Below, piece after piece: positions 13,369 to 26,584 of a DNA stretch of 64,000 nucleotides (position 1 is its first letter; every line of letters begins with the position of its first letter). The notes below the pieces were generated by a model, which was not told the DNA's origin, made no database searches, and was given only the letters and a program-made list of their open reading frames with translations. Made by a program: the position numbers and the translations under genes. This DNA is from Camelus dromedarius (Eukaryota): positions 68,512,001-68,576,000 of the forward strand of contig NC_087437.1 of assembly GCF_036321535.1 (NCBI RefSeq), in the 5' to 3' direction.

Positions 13369-13392
13369 CTCACACACACACACACACACACA
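13369..13392. repeat. (CA)n microsatellite
   Basis: Seen directly. Confidence 0.95.
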
Positions 13393-15169
13393 TGAACGCA
13401 CAAACACCATTTACCTCTCTATGCGACCAGTGTAATTTGATTCCAAACACATCTTTGAGGTCATATTTTTCAAAATATTTCAGAAATATTCTTGACAAAA
13501 TTATCTATACTTACTTATATTTTAAGCATTTTTTTTCATCCGTACTAACCAACTATTCAGTACCAAATGATTTCAAGAAAAGGGGGAAAAAATGAATGAA
13601 AAAATTAGCAAAGGTATTTTTCAAAAATACCCGAGGAGAAGCAAGCTCTGCCTTTTCCATGAAGACTTTCTCTGTCCTTCCCTTAGTCAAAGCTGATCTC
13701 CATAATCCTTTTTTAGCCTAGTTTATAAGTTGCCATTGACTCCAGTGATGGAATTTCATTTTTTTTTAAAAAAAAAAAGACAGAAATTGCCTTTCTACTG
13801 TAAAATAGATCAATACATTCTGAATTTCGACTTCCAAGAATGTTGTTCAGGGACGTGTTATTTACTCTGTGGAGGACTACAGGCATTCTGGATGAAACAG
13901 ATACTCTCTCATTGGAATCAATTCTGTTATTGAACTTGTCTGTTGTAAAGAAAGTGTTTTTTAATTTATCACTGGAGAAATGTTTTTTCTTTTTTTATCA
14001 CCACCCCCAAAATTTGCTGTGAATATACTAGATATTAGTAAATATGCTGTGAGAATGAAGATTATTTAAATAAAATTTGAAGGTCATGCCACCATTTATG
14101 ACATTTAATACATTTCTATATCATATGGAAGTTCACCTCTCTCCTCCAATGTGTTCTCTCCTTGTGGCATTTTCTTTCTTTAAGAAACACTGGATTTGAA
14201 ATCACTGTTGGGATCTTTAATCAGTTTACCTTTGTCTTAACACAATTTGAGTTTCCTAGGATCTCCACACAAAATATACTGGAATCAGGTACTACTAGGG
14301 TTTTGCTAAAAGCCGATTTACTTTCATATTAAAAAATTGCCTGAAATGGGGTCAGAATATTTGTGTTGTGGTATATAATTTGATGTGTCTGTCTCTGTTT
14401 ATAGCAACGTCACTGATTTCTTTGTAGGAGCTGTTTGTTTGAAGGCAGCGCTTGGTGCATAATTAACTAAGAGAAATAGATTTGCCATAAAATTCTGTGT
14501 CTTGGATTTAGTCATTTTGAATTCTTGATGCCTGGGCTTCCTCCAGAGTTCCTCATGATATAGTCCAGACCAGAATTAGCTCAAGAAACTTGCTTCAGTT
14601 TGGTATATCCTTGTGAGGTTTTCCTTGGCCCCGGATTGACTCCTGCTTGTAAGTCCTCTCTGAAGTACTGGAGGGAGCTGCAGTGCATCTTTCCCAGCTC
14701 TTCCCGCCTGCTGAGAGGGGTGGGTTTCTCAAGTGCGCCAAAGGACTAATCATTCTCTAGAACAAGTTTGCATTTCACATCAATCCAAACCAGATTGTAT
14801 CTGCCATGGTATAAACCGGTCGGCCGTAGCTTACCAGAGCAGACAACAGGGTATAATTTATAAGCTATGACTCCCATATGACCAGAAAGTCATTTTACAG
14901 CAGTAGGATAATTTATGTCATCTTTATATTCAAAAATTGTATTCTATCACATTTACTCAAATATGATACCATTGTTTTGATGACTTGGGTGGGTTCTGAA
15001 CACAGATCAACAAGATATAAATTTCTAACTATAAATTCTGTTAAATAAATGTCCTTTTTGATACATGTTGCCACTTAGTTTAAAAGGGACAATATGTATC
15101 AATAAATTTGCAATCTCCCCTCCTTTTTTAAAATTTTATTTTATTTATTATTTTTTTTTACTGAAACAG

Positions 15170-15450
15170 AGACACCAGCAATAGCAGGTTAAAGCCTCCT
15201 CTCATTACATCACTCTCTCCTCTTCTGTAGTCAAATATTTTTCTGTTTCTCTTTCTCTTTTCTGTCTCTCTCTCTTCCACCTCTAAGACCCTTATGATTA
15301 CATTAGGCTCACCCAGATAATCCAGAATAAGCTCAAGATCTTTAACTTGATCACATGCAAAGTCCCTTTTGCCATGTAAAGTAACACATGCATAGATTCA
15401 AATGATCAGGTCCTGGACATCTTGGGGAAGTCATTATTCTACCTACCACA
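15170..15450 (-). mobile_element. MaLR LTR (MLT1-like) fragment
   Basis: GACCCTTATGATTACATTAGGCTCACCCAGATAATCCAG..AAAGTCCCTTTTGCCATGTAA..CATTATTCTACCTACCACA. Confidence 0.85.
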
Positions 15451-16589
15451 GTAAGTAAGAGATCAGATAGACTTAATAGTAATCGCAAAGAACACTTCCC
15501 TAAATAATCCCTCTCTTCAGCTGATCACTCTTTTTCCCCATCAGTAGTAACTTTGTGTTGTGTGTGCAATATGACTGTACCTTTAAATACACTGTGATAG
15601 CACTGCTGTCACCTAATTTCAGGACTGATTATTTTCCCTCCCCCGTCCATTTATGAAAGCGTAAACCCATTCATAGCAGTTGGTCAATACATTTTCTATT
15701 AAGGAACTTAATTATAATTAAGGGTTATTTCCTTAATCTCTTTTGTTCTCAAGCTCAGAGAACTTGCTGAGTTGGGGATTATGAACTAGAATGGGCTACA
15801 GTGACATATAGGAGGATTTATGGAACGATTTACTGGGGGTTCATTCAAACATGAGCCATACTTGAACTTCCATTGAACTTCATTTGTACTTTCTTAATAT
15901 CTAGTGTGCTGTGTATGAAATTGTATGTTCTTGTTTCAGAGTTGATATTAAACTTCTTGAAAGCATTATTCCTCAAGAGCCAAATTTATCTAACTTACCC
16001 TTGTATCATTAGAATTTCCATAATGGTCTGCTCTTATAGATTCACATTGTCCAGACCATTCATCTTTTCCAGACTTTTGAGGGATAACAACCTTGAGTTC
16101 ATCCTCTTCACTGAGAGATGTGCACAGTGCTCAAGCCAGACTGTTCCTCAGTCTACTCCAGAAGTGGACCTTTTAGGGTGTCTTGCCTGTTACCTAGTCA
16201 ATAACTACATTTACTCTCCTTGTGAAAGATGAATACGTGGAGAGTTTGCTCTCGTTGCAGGTGGTATGGGGAGGGAAGCCATTCCAATGTGCCCTCACTC
16301 TCAACCCTGCCTTTCAAGCCCTCTGCTGCCAGGGGAACCTCAGAGATAGGAATGCAGTGGGGCTGGAAGAGGGGTAATGTTGGGTTGAACTTTTCTAAGC
16401 ATTGATAGGAAAACTATCGTGGAGCTCTGCTGTGCTGGACTGAGTGGCTGTTGTTAACATAGCCTTCAGCACCTGAGAAAAAGGAAAAATCAAAATATGT
16501 ATCCTTACTCCCCTGCCTGGTGTCAGTGTGCGTGAAAGTAAACTAAGATGGGAAACACGAGTTCAGGCTCTTTGAATAGTAGACCCAAA

Positions 16590-16750
16590 GGAAGACTGGC
16601 TGTGAGTGATTCAGTGCATAGAAAACACCTGGGAATTTTGCTAACATGCTGATTCTGATTTGGTAGGTCTAGAGTGGGATCTAAAATTCTACATCCCTTA
16701 GAAGCCTCAGATAATATGGATGCTTCTGGTTCTGGATCATAGCAGCACAG
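16590..16750. mobile_element. MER5-like hAT-Charlie DNA transposon
   Basis: CACCTGGGAA..CTGATTCTGATTTGGTAGGTCTAGAGTGGG..GATGCTTCTGGTTCTGGATCA. Confidence 0.7.
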
Positions 16751-16939
16751 ATTTAGAGCAATAAGTACTCCATTTTGCAGTGACAATAGTACCTCCAGTA
16801 CGCAAAGAGATATAGTGAATACAGACCTCTGAATTTTGCTATCATCTCAATATTAGAGAGTAAGAAAGAACATGGGTGTGTTTGCACATGGGGAGTGTAT
16901 TTGTGTTTCCCCCGTGACTATCCAGAAGCAGTGTGTCTT

Positions 16940-17105
16940 AATGGCTATAGCACAGGATTGAAAGCAAGTCCCAGCTGAGTCCCTGACTCATTAGAGAAGC
17001 CCTATGCAAGTCACTTTATCATCCTAATTTTTTTTTCCTAAAATAAGGATTGGGATAACTGTTCCAGGCTTCTTTCACAGATACTATGAGTATTCACAGG
17101 AGACT
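16940..17105 (+). mobile_element. MIR SINE remnant
   Basis: GCAAGTCACTT..AAAATAAGGATT..TCACAG..TATGAG. Confidence 0.5.
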
Positions 17106-18084
17106 ACTTTTAAGAATGAATAGATACAAAAAAAAAAAAATAAAAATAAAGAAGAAAGAGTAGATACAAATAGATGACATTCTTGCTACTTGCTGTCATC
17201 TCTTTTCTACTTACCATCCAATTTCCCTTCTTACCACTTACCCATGATTTATCTTCTGCCCATGTTCTCTCCATTTTCTTGGTATTCTACTCATGTGACC
17301 ATGTGATGTATTATTCAAATGCCCCAACTTATTTTATTGCTAATTATATATTAACCAGGTTCTGACTTCATTCTTCTCTGTATTGAATCCTGGTCCAGAC
17401 ATGACACTGACAAAAAGGATTCCTAGAGCTCAGAGGAAATTTTGGCAAATGACGATTCTCTTTTAGGGCTGTTAGTCTTAATGGAATATTTGATAAGATG
17501 GTAATAACCCCTGAGATCCTTTTATAGCAAACCCAGGGGCGATGTATATATATATATATATTTTTTTTTTTTAACAGTCTCAGTGACTTTTATTTATTCA
17601 TTTAAGTTTTCAGTGAGGTCAGTTCTTGAAGGCATTTCATAATGACAATTCTTTCAAACATGCGAACAGGTATGATCCAAACTCTCTTCCTCCTTCCAAT
17701 TAATTACCTATTGATATGAATAAAAAATTCTTCTCCATATGTATGATTCAGTTGCAGTTTAAAACTCATTTCCTCAGCTCTCATTTTGAAGTGAAGAACT
17801 ACTCACCGTCCTCTAGGAACTCTCCTTTGATAGTTTGTAGAGTCAGCAGTTGGATTCCTCAGGCACATTGCTCATGCATGTGTCATCCATTATGTCTTCC
17901 ATTTTAATTTCCCTTCTCCAAGACTGCATTCCACTATCCAATAAGTAAAAAGTGAGTTTTTCCTCCTGGAAAAAAAAAATATGTATTGTCCTTGCCAGTT
18001 ATGTATAGTATGATACAATTCTTCTGTTTCAAACATAAGGTCCAATGTTTAACAATATGAGTGGGCAGGCAATATAAACATTTT

Positions 18085-18700
18085 GAGGATAATAATAACA
18101 ATGTTAACATATATTGAGCCCTTTACTCTTCCTGACACTGTGCAAAGTGCTTGGCCAGCGAATTCTAATTTAATCCTTGCAACATTTGTGTAAGGAAACA
18201 ACCAGTAACAAAACAAATGTATGAATGAAATAGAAACAGGCTCATAGATACAGGGAACAATCTGGTGTTTGCCAGAGGGGTGAGGAGAGGCAGGGAAGGG
18301 GTGGATTGGGCAAAATAAGTACAGGGGATTAAGAGGTACAAACTTCCAGTTACAAAATAAGCAAGTAACAGGATGTAATGTACAGCATAGGGAATCTAGT
18401 CGATGCTATTTTAACAACTTTGTATAGTGACAAATGGTTACTAGACTTAACATGGTTATCAATTTGTAACATGTATGAATGTTCACTATATTATGCGCCT
18501 GAAATTAATATAACATTGTATGTCAATTTTAAAAGGGAGAGAAAAAGACACAAACAATCAATACCCTCGTTTTGCACGTGTTGACACTAAGGTTTAGAAA
18601 TGCTAAGCGATCCTGTTCAAGGCCATACAGAAATAAGTAACAGAGCCTCTAGACAGAGATACTATTCTCATTTTAAAGCTGTGCTCTCTTAATCATTGTA
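18085..18700 (-). mobile_element. MIR SINE split by an L1 insertion
   Basis: MIR motifs at 18085-18195 (AATAATAAC..ATTGAGCC..TTTAATCCTTGCAAC) resume at about 18555 (CCTCGTTTTGCA..AAGGCCATACAG). Confidence 0.65.
18198..18535 (+). mobile_element. L1 3' end fragment (laurasiatherian type)
   Basis: CTCATAGATACAGGGAACA..GAGGTACAAACTTCCAGTTA..GTACAGCATAGGGAAT..CCTGAAATTAATATAACATTGTATGTCAA. Confidence 0.85.
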
Positions 18701-20859
18701 GTAAATTATTTTGGCAAAAGTTTACTAATTTGGATCTGCACAGTGCCACTGTCCAAACAGGAATACAGTTCCATCTCAGAGGCAGTGCCCTTTAATGTTC
18801 ACAGTGCCATTTTGAGGACTTTATTAGAGCCAAATTGTTCCAAGTTCCACATACGTAACATGTGTGAAGTTAACAGTAAACCTGTTTCGTTACACCATTA
18901 ACCTAATTAATATGTTTGTAATAATGGCTCGAAATTTATCTAACCAAAATAATAACTTCATTTAACACAAACGACTTGCTGCGTAGGCAGCACTGAGTTG
19001 TAGCAACCCTGCTGCTGTTTCCAGAACATTTACCATGTGAGTAATGGGAAAGCACCTTTGTGACCCTGCAGCACCTGTTAATACCTCGTTTCACCTCTCT
19101 TTATGTGAAGTTAGGCAGCCATGGTGAGTTAAATAGGGACCAAGTGAATTATTAATGATTGTTAATAGCATGGTTATGATTGCTTCATTATTTTAAAAAG
19201 TCTGCAATAGTATATAATAAGAGATTCATAAAGCGCATCCTTCATAACCTTTATAAAGTGGTTTGAGGAGTCAGAAGATCAGGGTTGACTATGACATTAG
19301 CCAGGCAGATTTCAGATGCATTGACACCAGGGGATGCCCTCTTGCCCTTCAAGGCTTTCCCTGTCTGGAGCCAGTGAGTTGTAGGGAGGAGGCAGAAACA
19401 TGGTTAGTCTCCTAACTTGATCCTTCAACATTATGTTCCATGCTTAATCAGTAAAATAAGGACTATTCAGGTTTTTTCTGTAATAGCAAAAAAACTTACT
19501 TTCTGTGTATAGACCATAACTTCATCTGGTTAAACCAGGGGATATTTAACATGAATTTGCTCCCACAATTATGAAGCTCAACAACTTGTTACTCAGATAA
19601 TATTTAATGAGTGATTATATACATTAAATTGTTGTCAGTGCTGTTAATTACAGAAGTTATCTGTTGTGTATTCAATGGAATAAGCTTGCCAAGCTTAACA
19701 CAGCTCTAAGAACTTACAGTAAATCGAACATCAGCATGGGACAGAGATATCAGAGGTTCCAATTATTAATGAAAATGGTATTTTTATGAAGTAGAGTAAG
19801 AACACCTCTCATCTTCTGTGCTCATCCTCACTGATAACAAGTGTTAGTGGAGAACAGGTACAGGCATGTTGGAATGGTTTGTAAAAGTGGAACAAAACTA
19901 CATGCGAAGTACAGCTACCAAAAGAAAAAAACAATTCCTTTCCTTCTAGAGAAAGAGGTTGTTTAACATTTCATGTTTCCTTAAGCCCAAAATGGCAGTG
20001 ACATCAGGCACTGGGTTTGTCCTTGTACCCATTATTGATTGCCAGCATCAAAAATGTCTATACTCCATTGGTACATGGACAAGAGGAAAGCATTTCAGAA
20101 GTCACTGAATATCAGGCTAAAGGGGTAGGAATCTCAGGATGGTGCTCTTTTCTAAGCCCTTTCCACAAATGCTGTGCTAGGCTTAAATGGGCAAGTTGGA
20201 TGTATGAAACTATATCGGAGCATAACCCTGAAGAGAAAGTGAAGCAGAGAGTTCAACAAATAGTAAATGGATTTGAACAGTGTGAACAGTTGTTGAAATT
20301 ATTGAGAATCTCCCTTGAATGTATTAAAGATATTGGTTCCCTGGAACCTGATATGTGAGTGCTAGACTCTCCATCATTAGGGAACTGTTTTAAAGATGAC
20401 CAGAAATCCCTCTGGACAAGCCTACAGTCTACAATATTCTCGTTCAAATTCACCATCAGTCATTTTAGAAGATCAGCTTCCATGAGTAATTACTACTCTG
20501 TGTATAATATTATTTTCCCAACAATGAATTTAAGCAGAGGCCTAGATAGCTCCTCTGAATCAGCCTTAGATTTCTGAAATTCCAAAAATAGAGATTACAG
20601 CAGTAATTATAGTCTTGGTTTGTATGTGCCCACGTTGAGGATATACCAAATGAAGAGTCCATGACAATTCTCTGAAAGAGCAAAGAGGTTATCAAAGAAG
20701 AGACTTGGAGTCAGGACAAAATACTGCAGGAAATATTACCTTATTTAAATAGATTTCCAAAGACCTATTTGAGAAGATGGAGTACCTTCCTCACCTAGGC
20801 AGATGGAGAAAAAGGGACCAAATGTTGTGATCAGTACTCTTATTTACATACAATACAAT

Positions 20860-21320
20860 CCAGTCCACCTTGTTTAAGTGTAAAAGAATTTATTAGAAGA
20901 GTGAGCTCACTCAGAATCATTGAGAACCCTTAAGAAACATTCCAGGCTGAAGTCCCAAGAAGGACTTCTAAAATCACACCATAGAATTAGGTCACCAAGT
21001 GCACTGCTTTGCAGTAATCTAGAATCTAGAGAGCTGCCGAGTCAGGAAACCACCACCCAGTCAGGAAGCTGTTAGCACAGCAGCCAGCACTAAAGCCCCT
21101 CCCGCCTGATCTGATCAGAAAGTGGTGAGATTAGGAAGCTGCCACTTCTGTCTCTAAAACCCATGCTGTCTTTGCCAAAATCCTTGCCAAAAAATATAGA
21201 TACCCTGGGATTTACCCCTTCATTGTTTCTCAGCTCCCAAATTCTCACAGGTGTTCATGTGATTGGTGATATAGGTAACAAGCTGTAGCTGCAAAGGAGC
21301 CTAGGGAATGCAGCTTTTGT
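20860..21320 (-). mobile_element. Old MaLR LTR (MLT1K/L-like)
   Basis: AAAAGAATTTATTAGAA..CTCAGAATC..GATTGG..TAGCTGCAAAGGAGCCTAGGGAATGCAG. Confidence 0.6.
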
Positions 21321-21619
21321 TCTCCCCAGATTTTATCTGTCAGGATGAGGTGGGGTTAGATGTTTAGCAAGCTATTTATTGCATGTGCTGTAGAGCTTTG
21401 GGACAGGGACTTCAGTGTAGATCTCCTAATTGCATTTTTCAGCTTCCCAGTGGCTTCTATCAAAGAAGTGACAGGTAGGTCCTGGAAGAAGGTTTGGGGT
21501 GAGAGTGTCCCAGGAATGAAATGCTCAAGAGTATCATTCTTGGTGATTTCTACTGAGGATTTAATACTAGGGTACATGTTTGGTTCTTCTACTGTCTGGA
21601 TGATTTAAAAAACCATTGC

Positions 21620-21685
21620 TCTTATACTGGAAACTAACACAACATTGTAAATCAACTAAACTTCAAATCTAAAAAAAATAACTAT
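21620..21685 (+). mobile_element. Very short L1 3' terminus
   Basis: GAAACTAACACAACATTGTAAATCAACT..CTTCAA plus A-rich tail. Confidence 0.7.
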
Positions 21686-23080
21686 TGATAATCTGCCCCC
21701 CCTGCAAAAAAAAAAAAAAAAATACTGTCTTGTGTTCAGATTATTCAGCCTTAGCAGACACTGTAATACTCACTTCACTGGCTTTTATGAAATACACATT
21801 TTTTTTTAATTATGGAAAATGGTGTGGTGCAAAGCTTTGAGAACCACATACATTTTCATTCGGAAGAAATCAGTTAACTCATATTTCTTGAGCCCCACGT
21901 TGGTTGTCAGGCACTGAGGAGGCTCTAGAAAAAAAGATTCCTTAACCTTCTATGAAGGAGACCACAGCCTTAATTGGATAGATTCCAATTACAGGACTTC
22001 ATAGTAGAATAGAAACAAGAGAAAGAATATTCTGCCTAAATCCTGGTAAAAGTGTAAACATCCTCCAGCGCCAAGCTCACACTAAGGAGGTACCCTGCAC
22101 CCCAAGATGGGGTAAAGTGTTTTCATTACCACTGGTCTCCACCCTGTGATTTAAGAGATCCTAACTCAGTTGTAGCTCCAAACATGGGTCAAATGGTAGA
22201 GTTCACTTTAGTTTTTAAAACCCATGCCATAATAGAATGTTAGTCTCTTATTCCAGCCATTGAAAGATTCCATTCCTGGTATGTGACGAAAGGGAAAACA
22301 TGACACCACGAGTGCCTATCTATATTGTCCCTTCTCCCTCCTGCAGAGATTATAGTGATGCTGTTTTGCTTCAGTTGTTTTCAAGAGAGTTTATAAATTG
22401 TGTATGGCCAAACATGGTGAACTGCCATCAGTTCTCAATTAGTGTTTGAGGAAGGTAGTGTTTGTTATCATATCTCTCATGACTACTTAAACAGGTTTAT
22501 TACTTTTTCCAGTGCATCATTGTCCTGACACATTTTCATTAGCATCTCAGTGCATTTGCTTGCTTGTAGTAGTTGTTCAGTAAAATTATGTTTCAGTCAT
22601 ATTTTGAGAACAAGTATTGATTGCTTCCTCCTGAGTTTTATGCAGGGTTGGTTTCACCTCGAGTGGTTGGCTGTGAAGAGTCAGGAGTGATAGCTCCCCT
22701 GTCACCTTTAATGAAGTCAGTACAAAGACTTTTCTGGCCATCAGCACCTGTGTGTGTCCTTTCCATCAGCTTTCCAGTGACTCTCCTGACCTCAGTGCTC
22801 CATTTCCTTCCTGGCCCACAGCGCATGTGTCACAGTGTCTATTTGACTGCATTGTGACTGTAATTATTATTTCTTTTTGACTCTGCTAATTGTGTTAGCA
22901 GCTTTTTCTTCTTCCTTGCTCTGCAAAATAAGTCCCTCAGATGGTGTTTAACAAGAGCGCATGTAACAAGAAACAGATTGTTTCTGGGAAGTGTTATTTA
23001 CCTTTTTTATTTTCTGCTTTGTTAGCGACACAGAGGTTTCATTAGCAAGGAAGAAATGAATAGCAAAGACAGCTAATCTT

Positions 23081-23130
23081 ACACACACACACACACACGC
23101 ATGCACGCACGCACGCACACACACGCAAAC
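23081..23130. repeat. (CA)n/(CGCA)n microsatellite
   Basis: Seen directly. Confidence 0.9.
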
Positions 23131-23859
23131 ACAATAGATAACATAACCAAACAGTCTCCTCATGAAGAAAAACAAAGGAGTGAGATGTACATCTGGGCTG
23201 ATGGGGCTTATTGTTGCACTGCCATGTGAATAGATTATACTCTAATTGGTGTTGCACATAATGGAGTTCTGTGTTCTTCCCTGTGAAGAAATGGAGCCAA
23301 ACTTGCAGTACTTCACAAGTGTGATGAGATTGAGCCCTACAGCATTTTCACTGGCTCAAAAAGCCCATGCACTCCCGTCACAGGGATATCTTGGACTTAG
23401 AACAGCAGATAAGTACACACAAAGCCTGGATTATGAGGATTAGTCTCTCCAAGAGTTCCAAGAGAAAGGCAGAAAAACTCAGAAATATCTATGCTATGAT
23501 TAGGGCTCTTTGGGGTAGACCGTTCAGTGTTGAAATGAATACCTGCCACTCAATGCTGAACTAAATTCCCAGAGAACATCTGAGTAGAAATGTAGTACAT
23601 CCCACAATCTCAGCTGCAAAGGGAGGGAGAATGTAACACCACACAACTGAAGAAGGAAGACATGTAATTTCTAATACTAGGGGTCTGGAGAGGCCCTCCC
23701 TCGCCAGGGCCCATTCCAGTCAGTAGGTATAAGACCCTGAGTTACCCCAGGGGTATTTCTCACAATACTCCTACCTCTCAAAATAGGGGTATTTTGAAGG
23801 ATGCATCCCATGAAGTGCAGAAAAAATTTAAAATCTGCCAAACAGTGCCAAAGTAAGAA

Positions 23860-24075
23860 ATTCAATAAGCTGGTGTATAGAAGAGATCATCAAATCCAAA
23901 CTATTGACTCCTAGACAGAATGATTTGTAAAGAAGTTACAATGAAGAAGAGCTGGGTTCACTATAAGACAAAAAAAATGCAAAAAATTAAAGCGTTCTTC
24001 AGTAAAAAAGTGGATTTTCTTATGAAGTGATGAGCACCTCATCACTATAAAGGTAAAGCAAAGGCTAGATGACTG
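23860..24075 (+). mobile_element. CR1/L3 3' remnant
   Basis: GAAGTGATGAGCACCTCATCACT..AAGCAAAGGCTAGATGAC matches the CR1/L3 3' motif. Confidence 0.5.
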
Positions 24076-24859
24076 TTCAATATCCGTTCATTGACTTCTC
24101 CCGTCATGCATTTATTTAACAAATATTTATTGGACTCCTGCTCATGTGTCAGGGGATGTTAAGCTAGAAACATCAAAGATATAATCAACTCAAAAACTTT
24201 ATAGGAATGCTGAGCTGAGGGCAAAGTTTGCAAATGTAGTAATTCATCAATAATATCTGAGGCAATTCTAACTGTATGTGTATTAAATACCTGAATGGTC
24301 TATGCTTTAACTGCTCAGATAATTCTCATTCAGTCCATGTATTAGGGTGAAACTCTTCCCAATGTTCCCAACCTTCTCACTTTCGGCTTCCTTTTCATCT
24401 TGATCTGTTTGTTCTGCAGTTACTTTTCCAGACACATGGAATCAGGACCATTGCTTTGGTGCTCTCGTTTGCATGGGAAGTTGTCAGGCCTGATCTGACC
24501 TGCCTTTCCATCAGGATTATAAAGGTGACGGATAGTCAATTTCAGGGATTCATGATCCATTTTACCACGACGTTTCACCTTGCAGCTAAGTAATACAGCT
24601 GTGATAAAACCAGCCATAATCACTGCATCTTACTCAGCCCTGCCTCGGCTATAAATACTCGTTTCAAAACAAAAAAGGCAAATAGAACAAAGGGGGAGAG
24701 AGAAGAAAGATGAAGGCAAATATGAAGGTTTATTCAGAGTGACTAACGGGAGACCATGTTTATAGCTTTTACCCTGTTCGTTTTTTTCTGTACAGCAAAT
24801 GGGAATTTACATCCCATAATCAAGAAGTTTGCTAGTAGTTGATTCATCAACATCAATTA

Positions 24860-26170
24860 TAAGCACTTCATTAAGTATTTATGTGCACTTAGAATACTTA
24901 TTCTCAGCACTATACAAATGGGATGGTTAAATACATTCTAGATGTGAAGACCTTAAAATGTAATAGACAGCTGTGCATATGTTCATGCAGATATGACACA
25001 CATCTTTTGGGGACAGGTAGACAGATAATGATATTAATGGTAAATATGGACAGAATTGAAGAGAGTGAGAAAGAAGTCTTGGAGTCAAAACTATTTCACT
25101 CATTTATTCTTGAACCACACACTGTTGTTGACGCCAAAGGAAAAGCAATGATGGAAGAGGAAAAGCGAACCCTCAAGGAGCTTGCATTTGAGAGATGGGA
25201 GACAGAAAGCTGAGCAACCAGAAAATAAACTCGATAGTATGTTAGGAGTGGTGGGGAAAACAGACACATAGAAGGGAAGGACATAGAAATAATCAGGTAC
25301 AGGAAAGGTTTTCAGGTGCACTGGCTGATATTTTAGACACCTTCCTGACAGTTGAGTAAAAGACTTGAAGAATAAGCCATGCTGATGCTTGGGAGGTGCA
25401 CTACCAGGTTCAGAACAATTTAGGCAGGAGGGTGCCTGGTACATGTGAAGATGCATGAGGAGGCTGATGTGGCCATTGCCCCCCTAGTAAAGGAGCAACA
25501 CGGCTAGACAGACAACAGCAGTCTGCATGGGAAGGACCCCTAGAGCACTTCCTAAGGACTTGAGCTTCTTTCTCTTAGTGAGACATTATGCCATTGGAGT
25601 CCTTTGAGCAGAAAAGTGACAAGCTCTGATCCAAATGCTTAAATGATCACTTCAGTTGACATGAGAAGAAAATACAGTAAAAGCCAAGAAAGAAGTAGGG
25701 AGCCACTTAGGAGACTATTGGAATATGCCAGACTAGAGCAGATGCTGACCCCAGCCAGGGTGGTGGCAATGTTGTGTGAGAGAGAGTCAGATTGTGGGAG
25801 TCTCTTAAGGTCGATCCAACAGGGTCTCACAGCAGAATGAATGTGGAGTGAGAAAGAGAAGTCAGTTAACATAGGACAGTGCCTGATCCAAGCAGCAAGA
25901 GGATGGATTTGCCATCAACTTTGATGGGGAGGAGTAAGAGATGATTTGAAGACTTGGGGCTCAATTTTAGACATGTTAAGTTGGAGATGCTATCAGGCAT
26001 CAAGGTGGAGATGTCAAATAGGGAATTGGATATATGAGATTGGATTCCAAGGGAAAGGACTAGGCTGAAGGTTCAAATCTAGGTGTCATCAGTATATTAA
26101 AGCCACAAAACTGGATGACATAATCTAGGTTAACAGGAAAGAGAAATCCACACCTGAGCCCCAAGCATTA
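24860..26170 (-). mobile_element. L2 LINE remnant including decayed ORF2 segment
   Basis: Minus ORF 25639-25872 (HIHSAVRPCW..ATTLAG..SSLAYSNSLLSG) resembles the L2 ORF2 motif HIQS..SC..ATTLVQA..SRLDYCNSLL. Confidence 0.8.
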
Positions 26171-26364
26171 CAACTTATAGAGATTCTCTTCCGGAATTTG
26201 TGATTGACTAGCTTTGTATCCTACGGGTACTCTGCAAATCACTAGTCCCTCTAGTTCTAAATATCTTCTTGTTGAAGTATACTCATATCGGGGGAAAAAA
26301 GTTTGGGAGTGACACAGATAACCTAGATGTAACATTAACAACAGGGGCAGCATGAATAGCAACA

Positions 26365-26575
26365 AGGGAAAACTCTTATTTATGGAATACTTACTAGATG
26401 TCAGTCAGTGTGCTGAGCATTCCATGTATGTTTGCTTTCTTAATTATCCCAATTCTGCAAGTGTGGAATTAGCACCATTATTATTATCTCCACTCTGTAG
26501 ATGTGAAAACAAAGGTTTGAAAGTTGAAGACTTCCTCAAGATCATACATTGAGCAAAGTTTATCAAATTCCAAAT
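26365..26575 (-). mobile_element. MIR SINE remnant
   Basis: ATTATTATCTCCACTCTGTAGATGTGAAAAC..CTTCCTCAAGATCATAC. Confidence 0.7.
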
Positions 26576-26584
26576 CTGGGCCTT

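Noticed and set aside
16465..16485. TTCAGCACC, left half of a REST/RE1 site
   Set aside because: The right half (GGACAG) is absent.
20017..20577. Consecutive in-frame ORFs (113 aa and 72 aa) separated by one TGA, suggesting readthrough, selenocysteine or a pseudogene
   Set aside because: No recognisable protein, non-ATG starts, no SECIS seen; the second part has a CR1-like motif. A TBLASTN search would settle it.
25639..25872. ORF with reverse-transcriptase-region similarity
   Set aside because: Decayed L2 ORF2, not a functional gene.
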